The notes beneath the pieces were generated by a model. That model did not search any database. It had not been told where the DNA came from and saw nothing but the letters and a program-made list of their open reading frames with translations. The position numbers were made by a program, and so were the translations under genes. From NCBI RefSeq assembly GCF_001194135.2, contig NC_068983.1, positions 28,374,249-28,438,248 on the forward strand: a stretch of 64,000 nt of DNA. Direction: 5' to 3'. The DNA comes from Octopus bimaculoides (Eukaryota). The stretch's first letter is position 1; the number at the start of each line of letters is the position of its first letter. Below are positions 63,276 through 64,000 of the stretch, piece after piece.

Positions 63276-63355
63276 CCCCCTAGATATTAGGATATACTTT
63301 AACCCTTTCGATACCAACCCGGTTACAGTCAAATGACTGAAACAAGTAAAGGAAT

Positions 63356-63394
<39 letters not shown>

Positions 63395-63396
<2 letters not shown>

Positions 63397-63555
63397 AGGC
63401 CACTCTGAAAAGTGATTGGCATTAGGAAGGGCTGTAAAAACTATACAAATGCAAACACTGGAGCCTGGTACAATCATCTGGTTCACCAGCTTCAGTCAAA
63501 TCATTCCACCCATGCCAGCATGGAAGATGGATGTTAAATAATGATGATGATGACA
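63395..63555 (+). mobile_element. Family E tail ending in (GAT)n
   Basis: gattggcattaggaagggc..atgccagcatggaagatggatgttaaataatgatgatgatgac. Confidence 0.75.
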
Positions 63556-63644
63556 ACATATATGTAGGGTGCACAATGTGTGCATGTGAATATGTGTGGA
63601 TACACACATACACACTTACTTTCATATATATATATATATATCCA

Positions 63645-63983
63645 GAGACCCCCTTCAGTCACGAATGACCATGGGATTGCACCTAGAAAGTTAACATCCA
63701 AGGCACAAGTACAGGCAAGGTTGTTTATGAAAGACCAGCAGTCGCCCATTCATACCAGCCTTCCTTCTCCATGCCACCGATGTTATCCAAGGGAAAGGCA
63801 AAGGGGCCAATACAGCTTGGCACCTGTGACGTCACAATTCATTTCTACAACTGAGTGAACTGGAGCAATGTGAAATAAAGTGTCTTGCTCAAGAACACAA
63901 CACACAGCCTGGTCTGGGATTCAAACTCACAACCTCATGGTCATGAGATCGATGCTCTAACCACTGAGCCATGCGCCTTCACA
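63645..63983 (-). mobile_element. SINE family D, complete
   Basis: Minus head gtgaaggcgcatggctcagtggttagagc; collinear with 33703-34015. Confidence 0.87.
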
Positions 63984-64000
63984 TATATATATATATATAT

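Overview
AT-rich, repeat-dense eukaryotic DNA with many N gaps. The SINE families and microsatellite load point to an Octopus (cephalopod) draft assembly; this is inferred from recalled repeat sequences, not a search. The only host coding sequence I can support is one 117-nt minus-strand exon (33347-33463, phase 2/2, AG/GT). It encodes the end of one WW domain and most of a second, and matches FRMPD4/Preso-like proteins, so most of the window is probably intron of that gene. The rest is mobile DNA: about five tRNA-derived or RTE-tailed SINE families (labelled A-E here), three R4/Dong-clade non-LTR copies all sitting in (TAA)n tracts, fragments of Tigger/pogo, hAT, mariner, Merlin, gypsy, RTE and CR1/L2-like elements, a mariner MITE, an ~840-bp foldback element and a ~185-bp palindrome. 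The most unusual signal is a 129-bp insertion (31292-31420) with a 15-bp target-site duplication and an internal inversion. It carries a minimal Penelope-type hammerhead ribozyme motif (31337-31382, minus), and degraded hammerhead-like relics occur elsewhere. Most element boundaries are approximate; the exon, TSD and ribozyme coordinates were counted base by base.
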